Notes under the pieces: generated by a model
Seen by the model: the letters and a program-made list of their open reading frames with translations, nothing else
Told to the model about the DNA's origin: nothing
Database searches by the model: none
Part shown: piece after piece, positions 1-9,189 of the stretch
Position numbering within the stretch: the first letter of the stretch is position 1
How the letters are laid out: each line of letters starts with the position of its first letter
NCBI GenBank assembly: GCA_001767855.1
Contig: MEMF01000002.1
Coordinates: forward strand, 37,095-101,094
Length of the DNA stretch: 64,000 bases
Direction: 5' to 3'
From: Alphaproteobacteria bacterium RIFCSPHIGHO2_01_FULL_41_14
GTDB taxonomy: Bacteria > Pseudomonadota > Alphaproteobacteria > UBA7879 > UBA5542
Made by a program: the position numbers and the translations under genes

Positions 1-134
1 CGAATGGTGGCGGAAGAAAGCTGATGACCTAAACGTTCTGCCAAAGTTAAAGACCCTATGGGTTCACCAGTTTCCACATACATATCAACAACATGGCGCA
101 ATATTTCTAAAGAACGTGGATTCAAAAGTTTCAT
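1..134 (-). CDS. hrcA: Heat-inducible transcription repressor HrcA, N-terminal part (gene continues beyond the window start)
   Basis: The reverse complement of 1..134 translates as MKLLNPRSLEILRHVVDMYVETGEPIGSLTLAERLGHQLSSATIR, which matches the HrcA N-terminal winged helix including the GEPIGS and SSATIR motifs. It is divergent from rph. Not in the supplied ORF track because it is truncated. Confidence 0.7.
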   Translation of the reverse strand, partial: MKLLNPRSLEILRHVVDMYVETGEPIGSLTLAERLGHQLSSATI

Positions 135-230
135 TGGGTTATATCTTTACTTTTATGATTAATGCTGTAATGATACCTTAAATCTAACCATACACCCGGC
201 AAACGTCAACTATCACCGAGCTTACAACTT

Positions 231-953
231 ATGAAGCGTCCCTCAGGCAGAGCACCGAATCAACTTAGATCTCTCACACTTGAAACAAACGTGGCAAAAT
301 ATGCCGAAGGATCTTGCTTAATTAAGTTAGGTGATACGCATGTATTTTGCACCGCCAGCGTGGAAGAAAGAGTACCTTCTTTTTTGAAAAACACCGGCTC
401 TGGATGGATCACCGCAGAATATGGGATGCTGCCTCGCTCGACCCACACACGCAGCGATCGTGAAGCGGCTCGTGGGAAACAAACAGGCCGCACTCAAGAA
501 ATTCAACGCTTAATCGGACGCTCTCTGCGAGCCATTGCTGACTTATCCCTTTTGGGTGAACGTCAAGTTCATATAGATTGTGATGTTATTCAGGCCGATG
601 GAGGGACCCGTACCGCTTCTATCACGGGGGCCTACATAGCATTACATGAGGCCTTGCACAAAATATATGAGCAAGGAATTATCTCTCATTTTCCCCTAAC
701 CGACTCTCTCGCGGCTGTCTCTTGTGGTCTCTATCATGACGTACCGGTTTTAGATTTAGACTATGTCGAAGACAGTACCGCAGATGCGGACGCAAATTTT
801 GTTTTAACGGGAACTGGGAAAATTGTGGAAATTCAATCAACTGCAGAGAAAACTCCTTTTTCCGAAGAAAAATTTTTAGCTCTTTTAAAATTAGCTCATT
901 TTGGTATAAAAGAACTCACAGAACACCAATTAAAAGCTTTAACGGAGAGTTAA
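231..953 (+). CDS. rph: Ribonuclease PH
   Basis: 240 aa with an N-terminal [11 protein letters not shown]...[29 protein letters not shown] region typical of RNase PH. Length and conserved rph-rdgB-hemW order fit. Confidence 0.9.
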   Translation: MKRPSGRAPNQLRSLTLETNVAKYAEGSCLIKLGDTHVFCTASVEERVPSFLKNTGSGWITAEYGMLPRSTHTRSDREAARGKQTGRTQEIQRLIGRSLRAIADLSLLGERQVHIDCDVIQADGGTRTASITGAYIALHEALHKIYEQGIISHFPLTDSLAAVSCGLYHDVPVLDLDYVEDSTADADANFVLTGTGKIVEIQSTAEKTPFSEEKFLALLKLAHFGIKELTEHQLKALTES

Positions 954-957
954 TAGG

Positions 958-1566
958 GTGAAATTAAAGCGTGGAGATACTATTGTTATTGCCACAAAAA
1001 ATGAGGGCAAGATTGTAGAATTGACCAATCTACTCGCTCCTTATGGTCTTCGCATTCTCACGTTACAAGAACTGAATTTACCCGAACCTGAAGAAATTGG
1101 CTTAACCTTCAAAGACAATGCTCTTCTAAAAGCTCAAGCGTGTGCAGATGCCTCCAACTTTCCGTCTCTCGCAGATGACTCGGGCTTGTCTATCCGTGCC
1201 CTGGGAGGACAGCCTGGTGTTTTCACCTCTCGATGGGCTGGCCCCTCAAAAGACTATCAACATGCCATGAAAAAAATTAATGACGAAATTTTAGCTATTG
1301 ATAGCCATCCTGACCGTCGTGCTTCTTTTATTTGTTCCATAGCCCTATGCTTTCCTGGCAAACAGGGGGCTTTTTCTTTCGAAGGGAAAATTGATGGTGA
1401 ATTTGTCTGGCCCGCCCGGGGATCAGATAATATGGGGTTTGATCCTATTTTTATGCCACAAGGCCATAAAAAAACATTTGCTCAGATGTCATTGGAGGAG
1501 AAACAATCAGTCAGTCATCGGCGCATAGCCTTTCAGAAGTTCTTAGAGATCTGTGTTGAAAAATAA
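958..1566 (+). CDS. rdgB: Non-canonical purine NTP pyrophosphatase (Ham1/RdgB family)
   Basis: 202 aa beginning IVIATKNEGKIVE, a Ham1-family N-terminus. It lies directly downstream of rph as in many bacteria. Confidence 0.85.
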   Translation: MKLKRGDTIVIATKNEGKIVELTNLLAPYGLRILTLQELNLPEPEEIGLTFKDNALLKAQACADASNFPSLADDSGLSIRALGGQPGVFTSRWAGPSKDYQHAMKKINDEILAIDSHPDRRASFICSIALCFPGKQGAFSFEGKIDGEFVWPARGSDNMGFDPIFMPQGHKKTFAQMSLEEKQSVSHRRIAFQKFLEICVEK

Positions 1567-2731
1567 AACTTTTGGGGTCTATATCCATTGGCCTTTCTGC
1601 CTTTCTAAATGTCCCTATTGTGATTTTAACAGTCACGTCCGTGCCTCTATAGATGTTGATCTCTGGGAAAAAAACCTGCTTGCGGATCTTTTATCATTTC
1701 ATGATAAAACCTCTGATAAAATAGTCACGAGTGTTTTTTTTGGAGGAGGCACCCCCTCTCTCATGCCACCCAAAATTGTTGAGACTCTCATCCATAAAAT
1801 TACTAACTCATGGACCGTCAGCCCTGACTTGGAAATTACGCTCGAAGCTAATCCGACGTCGGTGGAAGAAAAAAACTTTTCTGCCCTCGCAGAGGTTGGG
1901 GTCAATCGAGTTTCTTTGGGCATCCAGAGCTTAAGAGAAAATGGGTTAAAATTCTTAGGACGCACTCATTCCGTGGAGGATGCAAAAAAAGCTATTGAAA
2001 CAGCCCGTACAAAATTTGATCGGTATAGTTTAGATCTTATTTATACGCGTCCCCACCAAACCTTGGAAGAATGGGAACAGGAACTCGAAGAAGCCATTTC
2101 TTTAGCCAATGGACACCTCTCTCTCTATCAGCTGACCATTGAAGAGGGTACACCTTTTTTCCTGTCTTATCACAAAGGCGATTTTCGTCTACCTACAAAT
2201 GACCAGAGCGCTCTGCTTTATGAACACACAGCAGAAATAACACGATCTCATGGTTATGAGTCGTATGAGATTTCAAACTATGCCAAACCAGGTCAAGAAT
2301 CCCGACATAATATGACTTATTGGCTTTATCATGATTATATCGGTATTGGCCCTGGGGCCCATAGCCGCCTCACCATCGATGGAGAAAAATATGCCATCCG
2401 CCGACATCGATCTCCTGAAAAATGGGTGGAAGATGTTTCTTTAAAAAAAGATGGCACTCATGAGGTTCGAGTCATTTCAGGAAAAACAAAAAGTGAGGAA
2501 TTCTTGATGATGGGGCTCCGCCTAAAGCAGGGGATAGATCAAAGAGAGTTTACTGAACAGGTGGGATATTCTTTTTCCGAATCAACAAATACAAAAAAAA
2601 TCCACAAACTCATTACAGAAAACTTGCTCGAACTTTCTGACACAACCCTCAAGGCAACAGAAGAAGGTCGACAACGCCTGGATGGGATTCTGCGCTATCT
2701 CTTTGAAGCAGAAAGTCCACCCTCTAACTAA
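1553..2731 (+). CDS. hemW: Radical SAM heme chaperone HemW (HemN-like, oxygen-independent coproporphyrinogen oxidase family)
   Basis: 392 aa with GVYIHWPFCLSKCPYCDFNS, a CxxxCxxC radical SAM motif near the N-terminus. It overlaps the rdgB stop by 14 nt. Confidence 0.8.
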   Translation: MLKNKTFGVYIHWPFCLSKCPYCDFNSHVRASIDVDLWEKNLLADLLSFHDKTSDKIVTSVFFGGGTPSLMPPKIVETLIHKITNSWTVSPDLEITLEANPTSVEEKNFSALAEVGVNRVSLGIQSLRENGLKFLGRTHSVEDAKKAIETARTKFDRYSLDLIYTRPHQTLEEWEQELEEAISLANGHLSLYQLTIEEGTPFFLSYHKGDFRLPTNDQSALLYEHTAEITRSHGYESYEISNYAKPGQESRHNMTYWLYHDYIGIGPGAHSRLTIDGEKYAIRRHRSPEKWVEDVSLKKDGTHEVRVISGKTKSEEFLMMGLRLKQGIDQREFTEQVGYSFSESTNTKKIHKLITENLLELSDTTLKATEEGRQRLDGILRYLFEAESPPSN

Positions 2732-2734
2732 CTT

Positions 2735-4066
2735 GTGTTCAACCTCGGAAAATCATATCATCGACTTCACAAAGGCGCATACCATATGACTCGCAGTAAA
2801 ACTATAGGAACTTATTTTTTATTTTTCACACTTCCTCTTATTGCTGTTTTGAAAGGCAAGGGAATTGTAGTTTCTTTGTTTTTAGCTTTTTTCTTATTTA
2901 ATGGCCTCACAGCATTCAAAGATTTTGTGAGGCATAAAGAGTGGAGAAATATTTCCGTTAAAAGTCTTCCTCTCTTTTTTTTCGTATTCTTTTTTCTTTT
3001 CTTTATGCTTTCTTTTTTACAAAATGAGGCCTGCTCCATTTGGCGTCCTTTGAAGCTTATTGGTCTGCTTTCCTTAGTTTTCTTCACTCTGAAAGGATCA
3101 AAAACCCTAGACTTTTCAGAAAAAGAGAGGATCGTTTCTCTTTTTTTTAAAGCTTATATTTTCTACGCTTTGTTTTTGATTTTCGAGATTTATGGAGGAA
3201 GTTGGGTCTCAAAATTTTACACCGGATCAAAAGATTATAATGTTACCCTTTTTATTCGGGGAACTGTTATTTTGACGTTTTTTTTCCTCCCTTTTACCCT
3301 CCTTATCAAGAAAAAATATGGGAAGATTTATGGCCTGTTATTCTCTCTTTTTTTGCTTCTTCTTGTGCTTATAAAAGCCCAACCCAGCGCGGCACGCTTG
3401 GCTGTTCTGGTGGCAGGAATCTTCTTTGCAGCGGGATATTTTCGTAAAGCTTTTGCTGCCACCCTTCTCGGAATAGTGGGAGTCTATATATTGGTTGCCC
3501 CCCTCCTCTCCCTCCATTTTTTAAACCGGAATATTTTGTTTAATCATCTTCATTCTTTGCCGACCAGCTATCAACACCGGGTGGAGATTTGGCATGAGGT
3601 CTCTAAAAATGTGATAAAAAAACCTTGGCTGGGTCACGGATTTGATTACTCCTCACACATCAAAGAATCTCCTCACCGATGTTCCCACCATTCCCTCGCC
3701 AACTTTAAAAAGATTAGTTTTAATGATAAAATTGTCTCCAAAACTCCTCATCTTTGGGGAGGAGTGGTTTGTTATAAGGAGACGATTTTATCAAGCCATC
3801 CCCATAATGGGGCTCTTCAAATTTGGCTAGAGTTTGGGTTTTTAGGGGTCTGTTTTGTATTCTTTTTGTTATATCGGTTTGCCCAATATGCTTCCTCTCT
3901 TCCTTCCTTATTGCGAGGATATACCTACGCTCTTTTTGGGCTGTGTCTCGTTTATTGGAGTGTCAGTTTCGGACTATGGCAAAATTGGATGATTGCTCTA
4001 GCCACCTTGACATTTATTTTGTTTCAACTCATAAATGGCCTGCCTTCAAAGAATAAAGGAAGATAG
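2735..4066 (+). CDS. O-antigen ligase family polytopic membrane protein (Wzy_C / WaaL-like)
   Basis: 443 aa, very hydrophobic with about 10-12 predicted TM segments. It contains the motif RVEIWHEVSKNVIKKPWLGHGFDYSSH, resembling the conserved R..W...P.LG.G.......H loop of O-antigen ligases. The likely true start is the internal Met at about 2786 (MTRSK...). Confidence 0.55.
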   Translation: MFNLGKSYHRLHKGAYHMTRSKTIGTYFLFFTLPLIAVLKGKGIVVSLFLAFFLFNGLTAFKDFVRHKEWRNISVKSLPLFFFVFFFLFFMLSFLQNEACSIWRPLKLIGLLSLVFFTLKGSKTLDFSEKERIVSLFFKAYIFYALFLIFEIYGGSWVSKFYTGSKDYNVTLFIRGTVILTFFFLPFTLLIKKKYGKIYGLLFSLFLLLLVLIKAQPSAARLAVLVAGIFFAAGYFRKAFAATLLGIVGVYILVAPLLSLHFLNRNILFNHLHSLPTSYQHRVEIWHEVSKNVIKKPWLGHGFDYSSHIKESPHRCSHHSLANFKKISFNDKIVSKTPHLWGGVVCYKETILSSHPHNGALQIWLEFGFLGVCFVFFLLYRFAQYASSLPSLLRGYTYALFGLCLVYWSVSFGLWQNWMIALATLTFILFQLINGLPSKNKGR

Positions 4067-4069
4067 AGA

Positions 4070-5014
4070 ATGTACGAATTAGACTTTGAAAAACAAATTC
4101 GAGATTTAGAAGAAAAAATCAAAGAATTAAGCAAGATGTCCGAAAGTAAAGATGTGGATATCGTGGAAGAAGTTTTAATTTTGCAAAAAAAACTCGACAA
4201 ACTTCTCGGGGATACTTACAAAAAACTATCCCCTTGGCAGAAAGTCCAAGTAGCACGCCACCCAAAAAGGCCACACTTTTTAGACTATATCAAGCTTTTG
4301 ATTGAAAACTTTACAGAGCTAGCAGGAGATCGCTTGTTTGCAGAGGATGCCGCTATCGTGGGGGGGATTGGCACATTTCGTGGGCAGCCTGTGGTTATAT
4401 TGGGCCAAGAAAAAGGACATGATATCCAAACGCGCATGCATCATAATTTTGGAGCCCCACGACCAGAAGGGTATCGTAAGGCTCAACGCCTCATGAAACT
4501 GGCGGATCAGTTTCAGTTGCCAGTCATCACGCTTGTGGACACAGCAGGGGCTTATCCTGGTATAGATGCAGAAGAACGTGGGCAGGCAGAAGCGATTGCC
4601 CGCTCCATTGATGTCTGCCTGTCCCTTTCTGTCCCCATTGTTTCCTGTATTATTGGGGAAGGGGGGTCGGGAGGGGCCATTGCTATTGCCGCAGGAAACC
4701 GAATTTTAATGTTAGAAAACTCAATTTACTCTGTTGTTTCACCTGAAGGATGCGCGTCTATTCTTTGGCGCAGTGCCGACAAAAAGAAAGAAGCTGCTGA
4801 AGCTCAAAAATTAACAGCAGAAGACTTGATCGATTTTAAGCTCATTGATCAAATTGTTCCCGAACCCTTAGGGGGCGCTCATCGCAACCCCAAAGAAACC
4901 ATCCTATCGATGGGAGATGCAATTGAAAAATCTCTTAAAGACTTGAAAAATTTTACTCCTAAGCAACTTGTGGCCCGTCGCAGACAAAAGTTTTTAGAAA
5001 TGGGACGTTTTTAA
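4070..5014 (+). CDS. accA: Acetyl-CoA carboxylase carboxyltransferase subunit alpha
   Basis: 314 aa. An N-terminal coiled region is followed by a carboxyltransferase domain (GGAYPGIDAEERGQAEAIARS...GEGGSGGAIAI) typical of AccA. Confidence 0.9.
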   Translation: MYELDFEKQIRDLEEKIKELSKMSESKDVDIVEEVLILQKKLDKLLGDTYKKLSPWQKVQVARHPKRPHFLDYIKLLIENFTELAGDRLFAEDAAIVGGIGTFRGQPVVILGQEKGHDIQTRMHHNFGAPRPEGYRKAQRLMKLADQFQLPVITLVDTAGAYPGIDAEERGQAEAIARSIDVCLSLSVPIVSCIIGEGGSGGAIAIAAGNRILMLENSIYSVVSPEGCASILWRSADKKKEAAEAQKLTAEDLIDFKLIDQIVPEPLGGAHRNPKETILSMGDAIEKSLKDLKNFTPKQLVARRRQKFLEMGRF

Positions 5015-5767
5015 AAAATTATTGATAATCTTGGCATAACTTTTATAGACAGGGCTATTTTGGTCTAGTGTGGCAGGCTGGCCTCCATCGCTTCGACGCA
5101 CAAGATCTGGATCTAACGGGATGCTGCCCAAATAAGGGATTTCTTCTTGTTGGCAAAATCCTAAAAGCGTTTCTTTTTTAAACACATCAATATCATGACC
5201 ACAATGAGGGCATTCTAACCCCGCCATATTTTCGATCATTCCCAAAATTGGAACCTTTAACGTTTGAAATGTTTTTAAGCACCTGATGGCATCCACAAGC
5301 GATAAATTCTGTGGTGTTGAAACTAAAATTGCCCCCATCAACATAACAGATTGAGCAATGGTTAAATGGGCATCCCCTGTTCCAGGGGGCATATCCACAA
5401 TTAATAAATCTAGCTCTGGCCACTCCACATCCATAAATAGCTGCTTGATTGCCGTTTGTAACATGGGTCCTCGCCACATAACTGGCGCTTGTTTATCCAG
5501 TAGAAACCCCATGGAGATAGTCTGAATTCCATGTGCTTCTATGGGTACAAACTTGCCTTCTTTGATGGTTGGTCTTTGCTGCTTCCCCGCAAGGAGAGGA
5601 AGAGAGGGGCCATAGATATCCGCATCGACAATTCCCACCTTAAACCCACGCTCTGCCATCCCAACTGCTAGATTATAGGCAATGGTAGATTTCCCAACTC
5701 CTCCTTTTCCAGAGGCGACAGCAACAATATTTTGGATTTGAGGAAGATTAATCTTGTTAAACTGCAT
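4994..5767 (-). CDS. apbC: Fe-S cluster carrier ATPase Mrp/ApbC family
   Basis: 257 aa with the ParA-type P-loop VASGKGGVGKST and a CPHCGH metal-binding motif typical of Mrp/ApbC. It is a short form lacking an N-terminal extension. Confidence 0.8.
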   Translation of the reverse strand: MQFNKINLPQIQNIVAVASGKGGVGKSTIAYNLAVGMAERGFKVGIVDADIYGPSLPLLAGKQQRPTIKEGKFVPIEAHGIQTISMGFLLDKQAPVMWRGPMLQTAIKQLFMDVEWPELDLLIVDMPPGTGDAHLTIAQSVMLMGAILVSTPQNLSLVDAIRCLKTFQTLKVPILGMIENMAGLECPHCGHDIDVFKKETLLGFCQQEEIPYLGSIPLDPDLVRRSDGGQPATLDQNSPVYKSYAKIINNFLKTSHF

Positions 5768-5865
5768 CTACTTTTACATTAATTAAGTTGAAATCCCAAG
5801 AAGTCTTGTCTTTTTGAAACTAATGACATAAATTTATTTTAAAGCCAATATTTATAGCGTGAAAC

Positions 5866-7335
5866 ATGATCGTTAGAGTAGTTTCCCTTTTTGTTTTTTT
5901 CTTTGTGACAAACATCTCTTTTGAACCCCAAGCTGATTTAGGAAAGCAAGGATTTTCAAAAGTGGGTGAAAAAACCATGCCTGCCGTCGTTAGTGTTGCT
6001 GTCCTGGCACAAGTGAATGATGAAGAAGCCTTAAAAAACCGCATCGCTACGATGGTATTAATGCCTCGTAAAGATATTTTTGGCTATGAAATTTTAAATA
6101 ATCCCCGTCGTATCGGCACACTGGGGTCTGGATTTGTGGTAGATTCCCGAGGATACATTGTCACTAACTATCATACAGTAGAAAACGCAATCAAAATTAA
6201 AATCACTTTTTCAGATGAAACGATCATGGAAGCCAGCTTGGTGGGGTACGATCCCGGTACAGATCTCGCTGTTTTAAAGGTAGACACCTCAAAAAAACTC
6301 TTGGCTCTTTCTTGGGCAGACTCAGAGAAAATTAAAATTGGAGATTGGGCTCTTGCCTTTGGGAATGCCTATGGGTTAGGTCCCACATTAACGTCAGGAA
6401 TCGTGTCCTCTCCTGCTCGAGATTTAAGTGATCCTATGTTTGGTGGTATTGTCCCCTCACACCTTATTAATAATTTTATTCAAACAGATGCGTCTATCAA
6501 CAAAGGGAACTCTGGTGGACCTCTTGTGGATGTAGAGGGAAAAGTGATTGGGGTTAACTTTGGTATTATTTCTTCCTCGGGGGGCAGTGATGGCGTAGGA
6601 CTTGCCATTCCGGCAAATATTGCCCGAAAAGTTACCCAGAATATTATTGATTATGGTCGGGTACGACGTGCCTGGATTGGGTTAATGGTGCAAGGTGTCA
6701 CCAATGAGATCGCAGAAAATCTTGGCCTGCCAAAAGCTAACGGGGCCCTTATTGTAACAGTGACCGATAATGGGCCTGCCAAACAAGCCGGCATTCAATC
6801 TCGGGATATTATCCTTAAAATTAATGATAAAAAAATTAAAGACGCGCCTGATGTGAGTCGCATTATTGGTCAACTTGCTGTGGGAGAAAAAGTTTCCATC
6901 TCTCTCTGGCGTGAAGGCAAAAACAAAACAATACACGTTACACTTCAAGAATTCCAGAGCCATGAGGATTATCGGAAAACAATTAAAACCAGTAAAACGG
7001 AACTAAAAGATCATGTGGAGTCCAAAGAATATGAATTTGGCGTGACTTCCCTCACCTGGCAATTCCGTCAAAGATTCCATGCCGAAAATCCTGCCATCAA
7101 TGGTGTTTTGGTTTCTGATACTCAAGAAGGTGGGTGGGCTGAAAAAAATGGATTGTTGGTGGGAGACATCATTCTGGAAATCAATAAAACCCCTGTTACT
7201 TCCATTGAAGAATTTGAAAAAGAAATAAAAACATCTATTCAACATAAGAAAACAACCTTATTCTTTATTTATCGCTTTGGACAAAAATTATTCATTACTC
7301 TGAAGCCAAAACCCGAAGAGAAAAAAGAGCGTTGA
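5866..7335 (+). CDS. htrA: Periplasmic serine endoprotease DegP/HtrA family (trypsin domain plus two PDZ)
   Basis: 489 aa with an N-terminal signal-like segment. Catalytic motifs are TNYHTV (His), DLAVLKV (Asp) and GNSGGPLVD (Ser). Two PDZ-like regions lie at the C-terminus. Confidence 0.8.
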   Translation: MIVRVVSLFVFFFVTNISFEPQADLGKQGFSKVGEKTMPAVVSVAVLAQVNDEEALKNRIATMVLMPRKDIFGYEILNNPRRIGTLGSGFVVDSRGYIVTNYHTVENAIKIKITFSDETIMEASLVGYDPGTDLAVLKVDTSKKLLALSWADSEKIKIGDWALAFGNAYGLGPTLTSGIVSSPARDLSDPMFGGIVPSHLINNFIQTDASINKGNSGGPLVDVEGKVIGVNFGIISSSGGSDGVGLAIPANIARKVTQNIIDYGRVRRAWIGLMVQGVTNEIAENLGLPKANGALIVTVTDNGPAKQAGIQSRDIILKINDKKIKDAPDVSRIIGQLAVGEKVSISLWREGKNKTIHVTLQEFQSHEDYRKTIKTSKTELKDHVESKEYEFGVTSLTWQFRQRFHAENPAINGVLVSDTQEGGWAEKNGLLVGDIILEINKTPVTSIEEFEKEIKTSIQHKKTTLFFIYRFGQKLFITLKPKPEEKKER

Positions 7336-7389
7336 CAAAAACATTCTAAACTCTATAAATCGGGTTTTATAGCGTGCGAAAAGGAAAAA

Positions 7390-8196
7390 ATGACAAACGG
7401 TATAATGACAGGAAAACGCGGCCTCATTATGGGGGTTGCCAACGATAAATCTCTCGCATGGGGCATTGCTCATCATTTACACAAGCAAGGTGCAGAGCTT
7501 GCTTTCACCTATCAAGGAGAAATCTTGGAAAAGCGTGTCCGCCCCTTAGCCGAGTCTACCGGGTCAGATTTTTTGATTCCCTGCGATGTGTCAGACGAAG
7601 AGAATCTAGACAAAACTTTTTCCACATTGAAAAAAAGATGGGACAAGATTGATTTCCTTGTTCATGCTATTGCTTTTTCGGATAAGGAAGAATTAAAGGG
7701 CCCCTACTTTGATACGTCAAAAAAAAATTTTGCCACAGCTCTTGATATTTCTTGTTATTCTTTTACGTCCATTTGTCGACGGGCGCTACCTCTCATGTCA
7801 GACGGGGGGAGCCTTTTAACCCTCAGCTACTATGGAGCAGAAAAAGTAATGCCTCACTATAATGTCATGGGGGTGGCCAAAGCAGCTTTGGAGGCAAGCG
7901 TGAAATACTTAGCCGTCGACCTCGGTAAATATAACGTGCGCGTCAATGCTCTCTCAGCAGGCCCGGCACGCACCCTTGCATCGTCCGGAATTGGTGATTT
8001 TAATTACATTCTTAAATGGAATCAGTATAACTCGCCTTTGCGTCGCAACGTGTTGTTGGACGAGGTGGGAAAAAGCGGTCTTTACCTTCTCAGTGATCTT
8101 TCCTCGGCTGTGACGGGCGAGATTCATCATGTGGATTGTGGGTATAACGTAGTCGGCATGAAATCCATAGACGCACCAGATATAAGTATTGTATAA
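7390..8196 (+). CDS. fabI: Enoyl-[acyl-carrier-protein] reductase (NADH)
   Basis: 268 aa alignable by eye along its whole length to E. coli FabI (GKRGLIMGVAN..., LSYYGAEKVMPHYNVMGVAKAALEASVKYLA, SAGPARTLASSGI). An AAGGA sequence lies upstream of the ATG. Confidence 0.85.
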   Translation: MTNGIMTGKRGLIMGVANDKSLAWGIAHHLHKQGAELAFTYQGEILEKRVRPLAESTGSDFLIPCDVSDEENLDKTFSTLKKRWDKIDFLVHAIAFSDKEELKGPYFDTSKKNFATALDISCYSFTSICRRALPLMSDGGSLLTLSYYGAEKVMPHYNVMGVAKAALEASVKYLAVDLGKYNVRVNALSAGPARTLASSGIGDFNYILKWNQYNSPLRRNVLLDEVGKSGLYLLSDLSSAVTGEIHHVDCGYNVVGMKSIDAPDISIV

Positions 8197-8218
8197 ATAT
8201 AGATATGGAGGTCTCAAA

Positions 8219-8551
8219 ATGGACGTAGTTTTTTATCCCTTATTAAAGATTTTTCTTTTACTGATAGAAATTTACAAATGGGCCCTTATTATCTATGTGG
8301 TTGTCCATCTCCTCATGGTGTTTAATCTTCTTACAAAAGGAAACCAGTTTATAGACACCAGCTATAAGTTCCTTCATAAAATTATTGACCCTGTCGCCGA
8401 CCGTATTCGTAAAATTGTCCCCGTTGTGGGAGGATTAGATCTGTCCATCCTTGTCCTTTTTCTTTTGATTTATTTCCTTCAAGAATTGCTCTCTCGGCTG
8501 CTCATGAAATATTTCATGCAAGACATGCTATTCAGAGCTCTGTCTCTGTAA
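8219..8551 (+). CDS. YggT family small membrane protein
   Basis: About 110 aa with two hydrophobic segments and an YggT-like central region (DPVADRIRKIVPVVGGLDLS). The start is taken at ATG 8219, which has a GGAGG Shine-Dalgarno 8 nt upstream. The ORF track started it 30 nt earlier. Confidence 0.55.
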   Translation: MDVVFYPLLKIFLLLIEIYKWALIIYVVVHLLMVFNLLTKGNQFIDTSYKFLHKIIDPVADRIRKIVPVVGGLDLSILVLFLLIYFLQELLSRLLMKYFMQDMLFRALSL

Positions 8552-8566
8552 TCCACATATCGCATT

Positions 8567-9067
8567 ATGGTTGTTCATAAAAAACCTGTTTTCCATATCC
8601 TTCAGCCAGCGGGCAAAGTATCGAATCAATTAACGCGTAGCCTTGTTTCTAGAAAAGATAATTTCTTAGCCTCTCTTCTCTATGACTGGCCCTTTATTAT
8701 GGGGGAAAAATATGCAACCCATATAACACTCAATAAGATATCCTTCCCCAAAGATAAAAATACGGGAGCCACTCTTCACCTTTCGGTTGCAAGTGGTAGT
8801 ATGGCTTTGATGACACATCATTTGCAGCCCATGATTCTAGAGAAAGTTAATCAATTTGTGGGATACGCTGCCTTTCAGAAAATCAATGTACAACAAATAA
8901 AATGTGAGAAGTCGCCCTCTCGTCAAGCCAAAGAATCCCCTCTTTTGCCCTCCGATGATCAAGCAAAAATTGAAACTCTGCTGAATCAAACCCCTGAAGG
9001 AGATTTAAAGGAAGCTCTAAAAAAATTGGGAGAAAGTCTCTATCTTACTAAAAGAACACCTGAATGA
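8567..9067 (+). CDS. Hypothetical protein, possibly DUF721/DciA-like
   Basis: 166 aa with no TM segment. The WPFIMGEKYATHITLNKISF...TLHLSVASGSMALMT pattern resembles the DUF721 family often found near yggT/recF regions. Tentative. Confidence 0.3.
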   Translation: MVVHKKPVFHILQPAGKVSNQLTRSLVSRKDNFLASLLYDWPFIMGEKYATHITLNKISFPKDKNTGATLHLSVASGSMALMTHHLQPMILEKVNQFVGYAAFQKINVQQIKCEKSPSRQAKESPLLPSDDQAKIETLLNQTPEGDLKEALKKLGESLYLTKRTPE

Positions 9068-9140
9068 GTCAACCAACAGCAGGTATTTTTCATCCTGTTT
9101 CGGCGAAATTCTAGTCTAAAGAAAAATCACATATTTATAT

Positions 9141-9181
9141 GGCATGGAAAAACTCCCTTTGTGTGATTATTTTGGGGAGTT
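9141..9181 (-). terminator. Candidate rho-independent terminator downstream of clpB
   Basis: Inverted repeat AACTCCC (9151-9157) / GGGAGTT (9175-9181) with a 17-nt loop. On the minus strand it is followed by TTTTTCC. It lies in the convergent gap between the 8567 ORF and clpB. Confidence 0.3.
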
Positions 9182-9189
9182 ATAATAAA

